A program made the translations under genes and the position numbers. Below the pieces are notes generated by a model. It made no database searches and was not told the DNA's origin. It worked only from the letters and a program-made list of their open reading frames with translations. A DNA stretch of 54,498 bases from an uncultured Clostridia bacterium. Lineage in GTDB: Bacteria > Bacillota > Clostridia > Christensenellales > UBA1242. The DNA lies in NCBI GenBank assembly GCA_945937975.1, contig CAMEUD010000001.1, forward strand, positions 1 to 54,498. Direction: 5' to 3'. Positions 16,673-24,619 of this stretch are shown piece after piece (position 1 is the first letter of the stretch; each line of letters starts with the position of its first letter).

Positions 16673-18394
16673 ATGTTACAAAATGTTATTTTAAACGAAG
16701 CTGAAACCATGAAAACATGGTCAACCTTCATTACTGAGTCAACTGGTGTTACTGATAGAAGCAAGTTAGCTTGGATGAGTAAATATTGTGCTTTCCACGA
16801 TATGAATGAAAAGCAACAACTTAATGAGAGTGCTCTCGGTTATGCACATCTCAATCCAAATATGAATGTTGGTGGTATGGGTGCTCCTTATTTCCCAGGT
16901 GCAAATCCTAACAACGGTTATGATGGTGTTAGAGGTTCTGGTGATAACCCATTCTCACTTCTTCCACTTGCTGTTCAAGTAGCTGCTCAAACTATCGCTC
17001 TTGATCTCGTACCAGTAGTTCCAATGCAAGGTCCTCTCGGTATTCTCCAATACATGGATTATGTATATGAAGGCGGTAAGACAAACCTCCGTCCTCGTTT
17101 TGAAGGCGAATGGCCAATGGGTGATGAATCAAAAACTGCACCTCTTATGGTTAAGTTAACTCTTGCTAAGGGTGATGGTAGTGATGAAGATTCAGAAATT
17201 GGTATTACTGATGCACTCAACCACGCAAAACTTTTTGAAGAACTCAAAAAAGTATTCTACCCCGGTATGAATGCAATTCCTGTAGGTGAAGATTATGAAC
17301 TTAACTTCGTGGCTCTCGCTCGTATTGATGGTAAGCCTATCTTCCAAGTTAAGGAAACTCCTTATCACTATGCTCAAGCTAAGGTTAATGGTGGTGAAGC
17401 AGGTGCAAGCAGCCTTGCTGAACTTTTCTTCTCTCAAGGTAAACAAGTTCTTGGTTATGATGTTGTTGACATCGACACCGTTAAGGCTCTTGAAGATTTC
17501 ATCCCTGGTTTCACAGGTGCTGGTTTCAAGGAAGGTAAGCCAATGTCTGCAAAGGCTTATGATCGTGCAACTGGTGAATCAACTCCTTCTAACATGATGT
17601 CTTTGAATGTATTCACTGAAAAGGTAGAAGCTAAGACTATCCAAGTTAAGGGTACTATCACTCGTGAACAAATCCAAGACCTCAAGGCTTATGGTATTGA
17701 CGCTCTTGCACAAGTTGAAGCAGAGCTCGTTAACGAACTCACTCAACATATCAATAGAGAACTTCTTGACACCATCTTTGAACTTGGTGAAAAAAACTAT
17801 CAAGAATCTCTCGCATTTGAAGGTATTAACCTCAATACTCACTTCACAACTGATGTAAACGAAGATCCTGCTGCTCATAAGGGTTATGTAGTATCTTATG
17901 TAGGTGGTGGTGCTGAAACTCTTGGTACAATTCAAAGAAGAATTATGACCAAAGTTCTTGCAGCTTCTAACCTTATCGCACAAAGAGGTCGTAGAGGTGC
18001 TGGTACCTTTGCAGTTTGCTCTGCAAGTATCGCAACCGCTCTCCAAGATTGTGCTGGTTTCGTGGCTTATCCACTTTCTAATACAGTTAACCAAAACGCT
18101 GGTTCTCTCTATCCCGTAGGTGCAATTAGTGGTGTATCTATCTATGTAGATCCTAACATGCCTTGGTCTGACCAAAGAATTGTTGTAGGTCGCAAGGGTA
18201 AAGACAACGAACCAGGCGTAGTATTCATGCCTTATTTAATGGCTGATAAACTTTCTTACCCAGCTGAAGGTATGGAAGGTGCTCCTGTAACTTCTTTGAA
18301 GTCACGTTACGCAATCGTTCGTGCAGGTCATCATCCACAACTCTACTATTACACTTTCAACATTGAATGTGGTAAGGGTGTTAGCCTTATTTAA
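16673..18394 (+). CDS. Major capsid protein (T4 gp23-like)
   Basis: 573 aa. SLLPLAVQVAAQTIALDLVPVVPMQGPLGILQYMDYVY matches the conserved gp23 segment (..IA.D...VQPM..P.G..). It follows the protease/scaffold gene. By eye it has more C-ending codons than its neighbours, which is the look of a highly expressed gene. CATAAATA lies 94 nt upstream and a strong terminator lies downstream. Confidence 0.8.
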   Translation: MLQNVILNEAETMKTWSTFITESTGVTDRSKLAWMSKYCAFHDMNEKQQLNESALGYAHLNPNMNVGGMGAPYFPGANPNNGYDGVRGSGDNPFSLLPLAVQVAAQTIALDLVPVVPMQGPLGILQYMDYVYEGGKTNLRPRFEGEWPMGDESKTAPLMVKLTLAKGDGSDEDSEIGITDALNHAKLFEELKKVFYPGMNAIPVGEDYELNFVALARIDGKPIFQVKETPYHYAQAKVNGGEAGASSLAELFFSQGKQVLGYDVVDIDTVKALEDFIPGFTGAGFKEGKPMSAKAYDRATGESTPSNMMSLNVFTEKVEAKTIQVKGTITREQIQDLKAYGIDALAQVEAELVNELTQHINRELLDTIFELGEKNYQESLAFEGINLNTHFTTDVNEDPAAHKGYVVSYVGGGAETLGTIQRRIMTKVLAASNLIAQRGRRGAGTFAVCSASIATALQDCAGFVAYPLSNTVNQNAGSLYPVGAISGVSIYVDPNMPWSDQRIVVGRKGKDNEPGVVFMPYLMADKLSYPAEGMEGAPVTSLKSRYAIVRAGHHPQLYYYTFNIECGKGVSLI

Positions 18395-18422
18395 TTAGAT
18401 GATTAACAAATAATTAAATACC

Positions 18423-18453
18423 AAGAGAGAGTTTTTTAACTCTCTCTTTTTTT
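18423..18453 (+). terminator. Rho-independent terminator after MCP
   Basis: AAGAGAGAG - loop TTTTTTAA - CTCTCTCTT, followed by a T-run. Confidence 0.8.
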
Positions 18454-18464
18454 GTTATTTTTTA
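18451..18464 (+). promoter_or_regulatory. Class-A promoter-like motif (TTTGTTATTTTTTA)
   Basis: It follows the MCP terminator T-run, about 25 nt upstream of ATG 18487. Confidence 0.5.
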
Positions 18465-18486
18465 TAAAAAACTACCCATTTGAAAT

Positions 18487-19638
18487 ATGACAAAGGAAGA
18501 AGTTTTTACATATTTTAATACAAAAGGAATAGACAAATCAGGATTTCTGAAAAAAGAATCTGGATTTAGTAAAACATATCCAGCTTTATATGAAGAATTA
18601 AAAACTTGGTCATATCCAAAGGAATTTACATTTACGCAATTGTTATATCATTTTTTACAAGATGATAATGAATTTAAATTAGGTATATGTCCTGTAGATA
18701 AAAATAGGTGTACTTTTTTAGGTTTTCGTAAAGGATATTCAGAATGTTGTTCTTTACATTGTTTACAGAATTATGATAAACATAAAGAAAAAATATTTAA
18801 TACCAAATTATTACATTATAATGATGGTTCATTTACAAATAGAGATAAATTCATAAAAACCATGAATGACAAATCAGATGATGATAAACTATCATCTAAT
18901 CACAAAAGAAGTGTATCTTTAAAACAAACATATAAAGAAAGAGGTGAACAAATAAATGATGCAAAATGTAATACCAAATTGATTAAATATGGTAATCCTA
19001 CATATAATAATAGAACAAAATTCATAGAAACATATAATAATAAAACAGATACTGAAAAACAATTGGCAATTCAATTGATGAAAGAAACCAAGAAACAGAG
19101 ATATAATGATGAAAACTATTGTAATTCTAAACAGATTAAAGAAACTGCAAATCAAAAAATGATAAATAAATATCCAGACATTATATCTATTAATGGTAAA
19201 ATATGTACTGTCAAATGTCCAAATTGTGGAAATACATATGAAATAAGTAAAAGAATGTTTATGCAAAGAATTACACATAATCATATTCCTTGTGTAATAT
19301 GTAATCCTAAAAGAAAATTTTGGTCTATTGGGGAAAAAGAAATGTGTGAATATATCAAATCCATATATTCAGGTGTTATTATAGAAAATGACCGAAAAAT
19401 TTTAAAACCATATGAAATAGATTGTTTTCTGCCAGATTTAAAAATTGGGTTTGAATATCAAGGTGATTTTTGGCATCATGATAAAAAGTGTAAATCTCGT
19501 GATAAAAAGAAAAAATCTATCGCAGATAATATTGGAATTGAAATATATTATGTGTGGGAAAGTGAATGGATAAATAATAATTCTGTTATAAAAGAAACAA
19601 TACTATCAATTATTAATGACAAAAGAAGAAATTTTTAA
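18487..19638 (+). CDS. Free-standing homing-endonuclease-like nuclease, paralogue 3
   Basis: It has its own terminator-promoter cassette. It shares the N-domain (FTQLLYHFLQDDNEFKLGICPVDKNRCTFLGFRKGYSECCSLHC). It has degenerate K..YG..Y.N modules and two CxxC pairs (CPNCGN, CVICNP). The core YEIDCFLPDLKIGFEYQGDFWHHD...YYVWESEW is close to that of paralogue 1. Confidence 0.6.
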   Translation: MTKEEVFTYFNTKGIDKSGFLKKESGFSKTYPALYEELKTWSYPKEFTFTQLLYHFLQDDNEFKLGICPVDKNRCTFLGFRKGYSECCSLHCLQNYDKHKEKIFNTKLLHYNDGSFTNRDKFIKTMNDKSDDDKLSSNHKRSVSLKQTYKERGEQINDAKCNTKLIKYGNPTYNNRTKFIETYNNKTDTEKQLAIQLMKETKKQRYNDENYCNSKQIKETANQKMINKYPDIISINGKICTVKCPNCGNTYEISKRMFMQRITHNHIPCVICNPKRKFWSIGEKEMCEYIKSIYSGVIIENDRKILKPYEIDCFLPDLKIGFEYQGDFWHHDKKCKSRDKKKKSIADNIGIEIYYVWESEWINNNSVIKETILSIINDKRRNF

Positions 19639-20518
19639 ATATCTGAAATCCATACAAGACAAATCTGGTGGGTTTAAAAAACAAGAATCAATTAAGAAAC
19701 ATTATCCAGAATTATATAATGAATTGATTAATTCAAATTTACCAGATTATTGGTCATTCACTCAAAAACTTTGGCATTTCTTACAGGATGATTATGAAGT
19801 ACACAGATGTAAATGTGGAAAAGAACTTAATTTTGTTGATTTTAAAAAAGGGTACAGAAAATACTGTTCAAAAACTTGTCCATATGTTATAGAACATAAT
19901 AAAAACACTATTTTACTTGCTCAAAAGACATCAACACAAATAGAATCAAGGCAACGAGCAATACAAACGATTAAAAATAAAAATGGTGGTGTTTTTTGGA
20001 CACAAGATGATATAAAAAGATTACGGAATACATATCAACAAAATAAATTACGGATATGTGAAAATAGAAGAAATACTATTAAAAAACACATAACTGAAAT
20101 GTCTGATTTAACAAATACTTCTATTAAAGGTTCATCTTCAAAATGTGAAATACAATTTTATAAATATTTGATTAGTAAATATGACTATGATGATATATTC
20201 CCACAATATATGGATATAGACAGATATCCATTCGCTTGTGATTTTTATATTAAGTCATTAGATTTGTTTATTGAAATCAATGGTATGTGGACACATGGTG
20301 GTCATCCATTTGATGAAAATAATGATGAAGATATGAAAAAATTAACCATATGGAGAACTAAAAATACAAAATTTTACAATCAAGCGATTTATGTTTGGAC
20401 AGATTTAGATGTTAGAAAAAGAAATATTGCAAAAAAGAACAAATTAAATTATATTGAACTTTTTTCCCATAATATATCTGAATTAATAATACAATTTGAA
20501 AATAAAAACATATTTTAG
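19616..20518 (+). CDS. Free-standing homing-endonuclease-like nuclease, paralogue 4
   Basis: The start overlaps paralogue 3 by 23 nt. It shares the N-domain (FTQKLWHFLQDDYEVHRCKCGKELNFVDFKKGYRKYCSKTC). The nuclease-like core is FACDFYIKSLDLFIEINGMWTHGG. Confidence 0.55.
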   Translation: MTKEEIFKYLKSIQDKSGGFKKQESIKKHYPELYNELINSNLPDYWSFTQKLWHFLQDDYEVHRCKCGKELNFVDFKKGYRKYCSKTCPYVIEHNKNTILLAQKTSTQIESRQRAIQTIKNKNGGVFWTQDDIKRLRNTYQQNKLRICENRRNTIKKHITEMSDLTNTSIKGSSSKCEIQFYKYLISKYDYDDIFPQYMDIDRYPFACDFYIKSLDLFIEINGMWTHGGHPFDENNDEDMKKLTIWRTKNTKFYNQAIYVWTDLDVRKRNIAKKNKLNYIELFSHNISELIIQFENKNIF

Positions 20519-20550
20519 TGGTGACAGAAAAGTCATTAAAGAAACTAAAC

Positions 20551-20563
20551 TTTGTTATATTTA
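20551..20563 (+). promoter_or_regulatory. Class-A promoter-like motif TTTGTTATATTTA
   Basis: It ends about 25 nt upstream of the preferred exonuclease start 20589. Confidence 0.5.
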
Positions 20564-20588
20564 TATTAGTTTATTAATTTTACTTATA

Positions 20589-21347
20589 ATGGAAAAGAGA
20601 CCAGTTATATTTTTTGACCTTGAAACAACAGGTAATATGTCTAACCATGTCCGAATTATTGAAATTGCGGCAAAAAAGGTTGATATAGACACATTGGAGA
20701 TTGTTGACAGTTTGTATTATAAATTAAATAATGATGGTATTCCTATTGAAAAGGAAGCATTTGAAAAACATCAGATTTCTGAAGATGATGTAAAAGATTT
20801 ACCTACATTTACTGATGTCGCAAAAGAAGTATATGATTTCTTTAAAGATTGTGATTTAGGTGGATATTACTGTACTTTATTTGATAATGTAGTTTTATTC
20901 CAGAGTTTTTTGCGTGCTGGGATTCATTGGGATTTTAAAAATCTTAAAGTTTATGACATTTTCACTCTATACAAGAAATATAATAGTGGTAAATTATCAG
21001 ATGTATATCAAAAATACACTGGTAAGGAGTTAGTTGATGCCCATCAAGCGGACACAGACATTATGGCAACATTAGATATATACCGATCACAAAGAAAACT
21101 TGGAGAAGAATTTGATGATGAGGAACTTGAAGTATATAAGGACCATCTTGATATGGCTGGAAATTTCAGAGTTCGATTAAATGAAAATACTGGTGCGAAA
21201 GAAATTTATTTAAATTTCGGTAAACACAAAGGTAAGACTATTGACCAAGTTGACAAAACTTATTTTCAATGGATGGTAAATAATTCTGAAGGGTTTCCTG
21301 TTGATACGAGATATTTCGCAAAAAAAGTTTTAGTTAAATTGGGTTAA
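20589..21347 (+). CDS. DEDDh 3'-5' exonuclease (DnaQ/ExoX-like) with DUF3820-like C-terminus
   Basis: Exo motifs are FFDLETTG, YCTLFDNVVL and HQADTDIMAT. The C-terminal FGKHKGKTIDQVDKTYFQWMV resembles DUF3820. I prefer ATG 20589 (MEKRPVIFFDLE) over the track start 20496, because a class-A motif at 20551-20563 lies inside the extension. Confidence 0.75.
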   Translation: MEKRPVIFFDLETTGNMSNHVRIIEIAAKKVDIDTLEIVDSLYYKLNNDGIPIEKEAFEKHQISEDDVKDLPTFTDVAKEVYDFFKDCDLGGYYCTLFDNVVLFQSFLRAGIHWDFKNLKVYDIFTLYKKYNSGKLSDVYQKYTGKELVDAHQADTDIMATLDIYRSQRKLGEEFDDEELEVYKDHLDMAGNFRVRLNENTGAKEIYLNFGKHKGKTIDQVDKTYFQWMVNNSEGFPVDTRYFAKKVLVKLG

Positions 21348-21348
21348 A

Positions 21349-21380
21349 ATAAAAAGGAGAGAATTAATTCTCTCCTTTTT
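21349..21380. terminator. Bidirectional terminator between convergent genes
   Basis: The perfect palindrome GGAGAGAATTAATTCTCTCC (21356-21375) is flanked by an A-run and a T-run. Confidence 0.8.
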
Positions 21381-21381
21381 A

Positions 21382-21579
21382 TTAATATTTCTGTCCAGTT
21401 TCTTCTGGATTCGCTTGAACTTGTCCACGTTTGGGTTTAGTTATTTCTTCTATTTTATCAAAATATTTTTTAACCTTTTCATCATCTTTAGCGAAATCCC
21501 ATTTATGTTCGCATTTAATATCATATGATTTATTGTAATCAAATGTTTCTAAATCTTTTTTAATATATCTCATAATCAT
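21382..21579 (-). CDS. Hypothetical protein (65 aa)
   Basis: The ORF is tightly coupled downstream of the 373-aa fibre-like gene on the minus strand and ends at a bidirectional terminator. I recognised no motif. Confidence 0.4.
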   Translation of the reverse strand: MIMRYIKKDLETFDYNKSYDIKCEHKWDFAKDDEKVKKYFDKIEEITKPKRGQVQANPEETGQKY

Positions 21580-21583
21580 ATTT

Positions 21584-22705
21584 TTATTTTGTTATAAAAC
21601 CTAACTCATCATCTTCTATCCAATGGTTTTGAACATACCTCGCATCTGATTCATCTTTATTATATGAAAAAGGATCTCTGAAACTATATACTTTATTGTT
21701 ATTAACTAAAACCGCTTTATCATCTACTATATACCATCCTAGTTTTAATTGTTGGTTATTTAAATCTTTAACAAAATCATCATATCTGTCTTTGTATGAT
21801 GTATTTAAAATCATTGCATCTTTCAGACCCCTATAATCTTCAATTTTAAGAAATATTTTTCCCGCATCTACAGATGTTATGTATGTATTTTGTGCATCTG
21901 ATTTTGTTAAAAAGATATTATTAGATTGTATTTTTGTATAAAAATTATCTGTAATATATTTTTTTGTATAGAACTGATTATTATTATTATCTAATATTGT
22001 ATATAAATTATCTAATGTCGTATATCTTTTTATAGTTTCATTATTCACATAATTATCCAGTTCTCTTCTTTTTACATAGGATGTTAATTTCGGAATATCT
22101 GTTTTAAGTGCATATTTACCTTTTATTTCACTTTTTGTGAAATAATCTTCATATAATTCATTTTTAGTGATATATGGTGTTAAATATGAAGAAATTGTGT
22201 CTTTATGAACATAATTATTTTTTGCATCTGATATACTTAAATAGGATGATAATTTCGTTTTTAATGCTGATCCTGTTACATAGTTTTTTAAATCAGTTGA
22301 TTTTAAATAATTTTTAAGTTGATTTGAAAAATCAATTTTAGTAAGATATGTATCTTTTGCGATTCCTGCATTCAAATAATTTTTAGATATTAACTCGGAT
22401 TCAGTAACGAATGTATTAAAATCAACATCTTTCAATGATGATTTTGATAAAAATTCTTTCTGTGCCCATTTTTTTAACTCTTTTTCTTGTGAATAGATTT
22501 CTTGTGATACACTACTATAATTACTTTGTAATGTATTAATATTATATTTAAAATCAATTAATTCTTTCTTAATATCATTAATAGAATCTGATAATGTATA
22601 TATATCAGATAAATTTATTTCCTTAAAGTGTTCTTTTAATGCCTGAACTTCTATAGCTAATTGTGAAACACGCATTTCAAGTTCACTATAATTTATATCA
22701 CTCAT
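21584..22705 (-). CDS. Fibre/whisker-like structural protein with N-terminal coiled coil and ~11-residue repeats
   Basis: The N-terminus is heptad-like (LEMRVSQLAIEVQALKEHF). About 15 degenerate repeats follow, of the form Y(L/V)TK.(D/E).... (NYLKSTDLKNYVTGSALKTKLSSYLSISDAKNNYVHKDTISSYLTPYITKNELYEDYFTKSEIKGKY). The C-terminus is globular. TTTTCATAAATA lies upstream on the minus strand. Confidence 0.5.
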   Translation of the reverse strand: MSDINYSELEMRVSQLAIEVQALKEHFKEINLSDIYTLSDSINDIKKELIDFKYNINTLQSNYSSVSQEIYSQEKELKKWAQKEFLSKSSLKDVDFNTFVTESELISKNYLNAGIAKDTYLTKIDFSNQLKNYLKSTDLKNYVTGSALKTKLSSYLSISDAKNNYVHKDTISSYLTPYITKNELYEDYFTKSEIKGKYALKTDIPKLTSYVKRRELDNYVNNETIKRYTTLDNLYTILDNNNNQFYTKKYITDNFYTKIQSNNIFLTKSDAQNTYITSVDAGKIFLKIEDYRGLKDAMILNTSYKDRYDDFVKDLNNQQLKLGWYIVDDKAVLVNNNKVYSFRDPFSYNKDESDARYVQNHWIEDDELGFITK

Positions 22706-22726
22706 ATTGTTTTATGTTCTTTTATA

Positions 22727-22734
22727 TATTTATG
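22727..22734 (-). promoter_or_regulatory. Class-B promoter-like motif (minus strand TTTTCATAAATATATAA)
   Basis: It lies 22 nt upstream of minus-strand start 22705. Confidence 0.5.
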
Positions 22735-22738
22735 AAAA

Positions 22739-22751
22739 TTTGTTATTTTTA
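22739..22751 (+). promoter_or_regulatory. Class-A promoter-like motif TTTGTTATTTTTA
   Basis: It lies in the divergent intergenic region, about 19 nt upstream of ATG 22770. Confidence 0.45.
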
Positions 22752-22769
22752 TAAATAAATACTTTTATT

Positions 22770-23093
22770 ATGGAATTGAAAACACGATTAGATGTATTAA
22801 TCCAAGTTGCAAAATTAGCACAAAAGAATGGATTATTATCACTTGATGATGCATGTGTAGTTAAACATACAATTGATGAAGTGGAAAATAATACAAATCT
22901 TAAAGAAAATGTTGAAGTTTTGTCAAATGTAGCACTACTTACACAGAATAGTGGTAAATTATCATTAAAGGATGCGTATTATGTATATCTCGCATTAGAG
23001 GACATTAATAATGTAATTGAACTTGAGGGTTCAGATGAAACTTCTGTAAAGGTAGAAGAAACATCTACAAAAAAGACAAAAAAGACAAAATAA
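22770..23093 (+). CDS. Hypothetical protein with internal duplication (107 aa)
   Basis: There are two related ~35-aa halves (VAKLAQKNGLLSLDDACVVKHTIDEVENN and VALLTQNSGKLSLKDAYYVYLALEDINN). It is the only plus-strand gene inside a minus-strand block. A class-A motif lies upstream and a perfect palindromic terminator downstream. Confidence 0.5.
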   Translation: MELKTRLDVLIQVAKLAQKNGLLSLDDACVVKHTIDEVENNTNLKENVEVLSNVALLTQNSGKLSLKDAYYVYLALEDINNVIELEGSDETSVKVEETSTKKTKKTK

Positions 23094-23125
23094 AAAATGG
23101 TGAGAAATATTTCTCACCATTTTTG
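23092..23125. terminator. Bidirectional terminator between convergent genes
   Basis: The perfect 24-nt palindrome ATGGTGAGAAATATTTCTCACCAT (23097-23120) is flanked by an A-run and a T-run. Confidence 0.8.
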
Positions 23126-23131
23126 TTTTAA

Positions 23132-24619
23132 TTATTTCTTTAAATCATCTTTATCTGTCTTCTCTTGTTCTTGTAATTCTTTGTCATTTTCCTTTTTATT
23201 TTCCTGTTCTTGTTTTTTCTTTAATTTTTTTGCACTTACTGTAATTGCATCTACCAAGTCTTGAATATTATCTTTAAATAGTTTATAATTACTATTATCA
23301 TTATAAGATGATTTATAAATCTTATCATTTAATAAAAGTCGTACAACCTCGGTATATAAATTACCCTTTTCTGGATGATTTTCATCTATTACTGGTAAAT
23401 TATAACCGATAATTTTATCACTCATACTACATCTTGCCATTAATTCAATAATATCATCATTTTTATAATTCTTATCACCAGATACTGCATAAACAATCAT
23501 TTTACATACACCAACATAGAATGCTTGTAATGAATCTCCTGGTAAATCTTTTAATTTATCAGAAATATTTTTATTTTTCTTAATGATATCATCTATTGTA
23601 TTATTTACATTGTATAATTGTGTTGCAATAACACCTTTTTGTTCAGGTGAAATATTTTCATCTGTGGCCAATTGTTGTAATCCAAGCACTTCATCATTTT
23701 TTAAATTATCATTAAAATGGAAAATCTTTACTATTGATGATTTTTCTTCTTCTGATGATTTTTCTTCTTCAAATAAAATATTTAAATTTTCCATAATTTT
23801 ATTGAAATATTTAGATATTGTCACATTTACTTGACTTGCACTATTTTGTGTAATTGGTGTAACACCATTATCTTTTAACACTTTTTGTCTTTTAATTTCG
23901 AGTTTTTTTGTGGCCTGTTCTTCTCGTTGTTTTTCTTGTTTATTTTTTTTCTCAATTTCTTTTAATCTATCCTTTTCTGCCTTTTCTTGTTCTTTTAATT
24001 TGTTCTCCAGTTCTTTTTTCTGTGCATCAGACATTTTATCTGCTTTATCTTTTTTCAACCACGCCAACAACGCATCATTGATAACATCAGAGATGTCATT
24101 TTTTAAAATATTTGCCCACTTTGTGACTTTAGCTTGACCATCACAAGCGTCATTTATTCTTTTTTCCGCATTTTTTAATTTTTCAATGTACGTCTTATCA
24201 GTTAAACTGAATTTTTGTATAAATGCAGATACATTAGAAGCATTTTCAACATTCTTTTTGTCCTTATCAGATACTTCATCTTTTTGACTCACATTAAACA
24301 AAATATCTTCTAATTTCTTGTGTTGTTCATACTCTTCTTGTTTTGCTGCATATAATGTTTCTGCGAACATAACTAAACCTTGTCTTACATTCTGACATTT
24401 TTCTGGATATTGCATTTTAGTTAAAGTAAATCCATTTAACTTGTTATCCAATTCCTCTAATTTAGATTTAATCATTTCATTCGAACATTTAACATCATCC
24501 CAACCTTGTTTTTTTAACAATCCTTTTAAAAATTCAAAAAAACCTTCATTTACATTGTTACTATATCTTTTCGTATAAACTTCATTAATGAAATTATCTC
24601 TTGATAATATTTTACTCAT
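23132..24619 (-). CDS. K/E-rich coiled-coil protein, function unknown (495 aa)
   Basis: It has long charged helical stretches (KKELENKLKEQEKAEKDRLKEIEKKNKQEKQREEQ) and an EEEKSS tandem duplication. The ATGA start/stop overlap with the upstream 550-aa gene suggests translational coupling. Confidence 0.5.
   Translation of the reverse strand: MSKILSRDNFINEVYTKRYSNNVNEGFFEFLKGLLKKQGWDDVKCSNEMIKSKLEELDNKLNGFTLTKMQYPEKCQNVRQGLVMFAETLYAAKQEEYEQHKKLEDILFNVSQKDEVSDKDKKNVENASNVSAFIQKFSLTDKTYIEKLKNAEKRINDACDGQAKVTKWANILKNDISDVINDALLAWLKKDKADKMSDAQKKELENKLKEQEKAEKDRLKEIEKKNKQEKQREEQATKKLEIKRQKVLKDNGVTPITQNSASQVNVTISKYFNKIMENLNILFEEEKSSEEEKSSIVKIFHFNDNLKNDEVLGLQQLATDENISPEQKGVIATQLYNVNNTIDDIIKKNKNISDKLKDLPGDSLQAFYVGVCKMIVYAVSGDKNYKNDDIIELMARCSMSDKIIGYNLPVIDENHPEKGNLYTEVVRLLLNDKIYKSSYNDNSNYKLFKDNIQDLVDAITVSAKKLKKKQEQENKKENDKELQEQEKTDKDDLKK

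Noticed and set aside
22750-22757. An exact TATAAATA on the plus strand immediately after the class-A motif upstream of ORF 22770.
   Set aside because: In this AT-rich spacer it may arise by chance, and it overlaps another motif. I did not call it a separate promoter.
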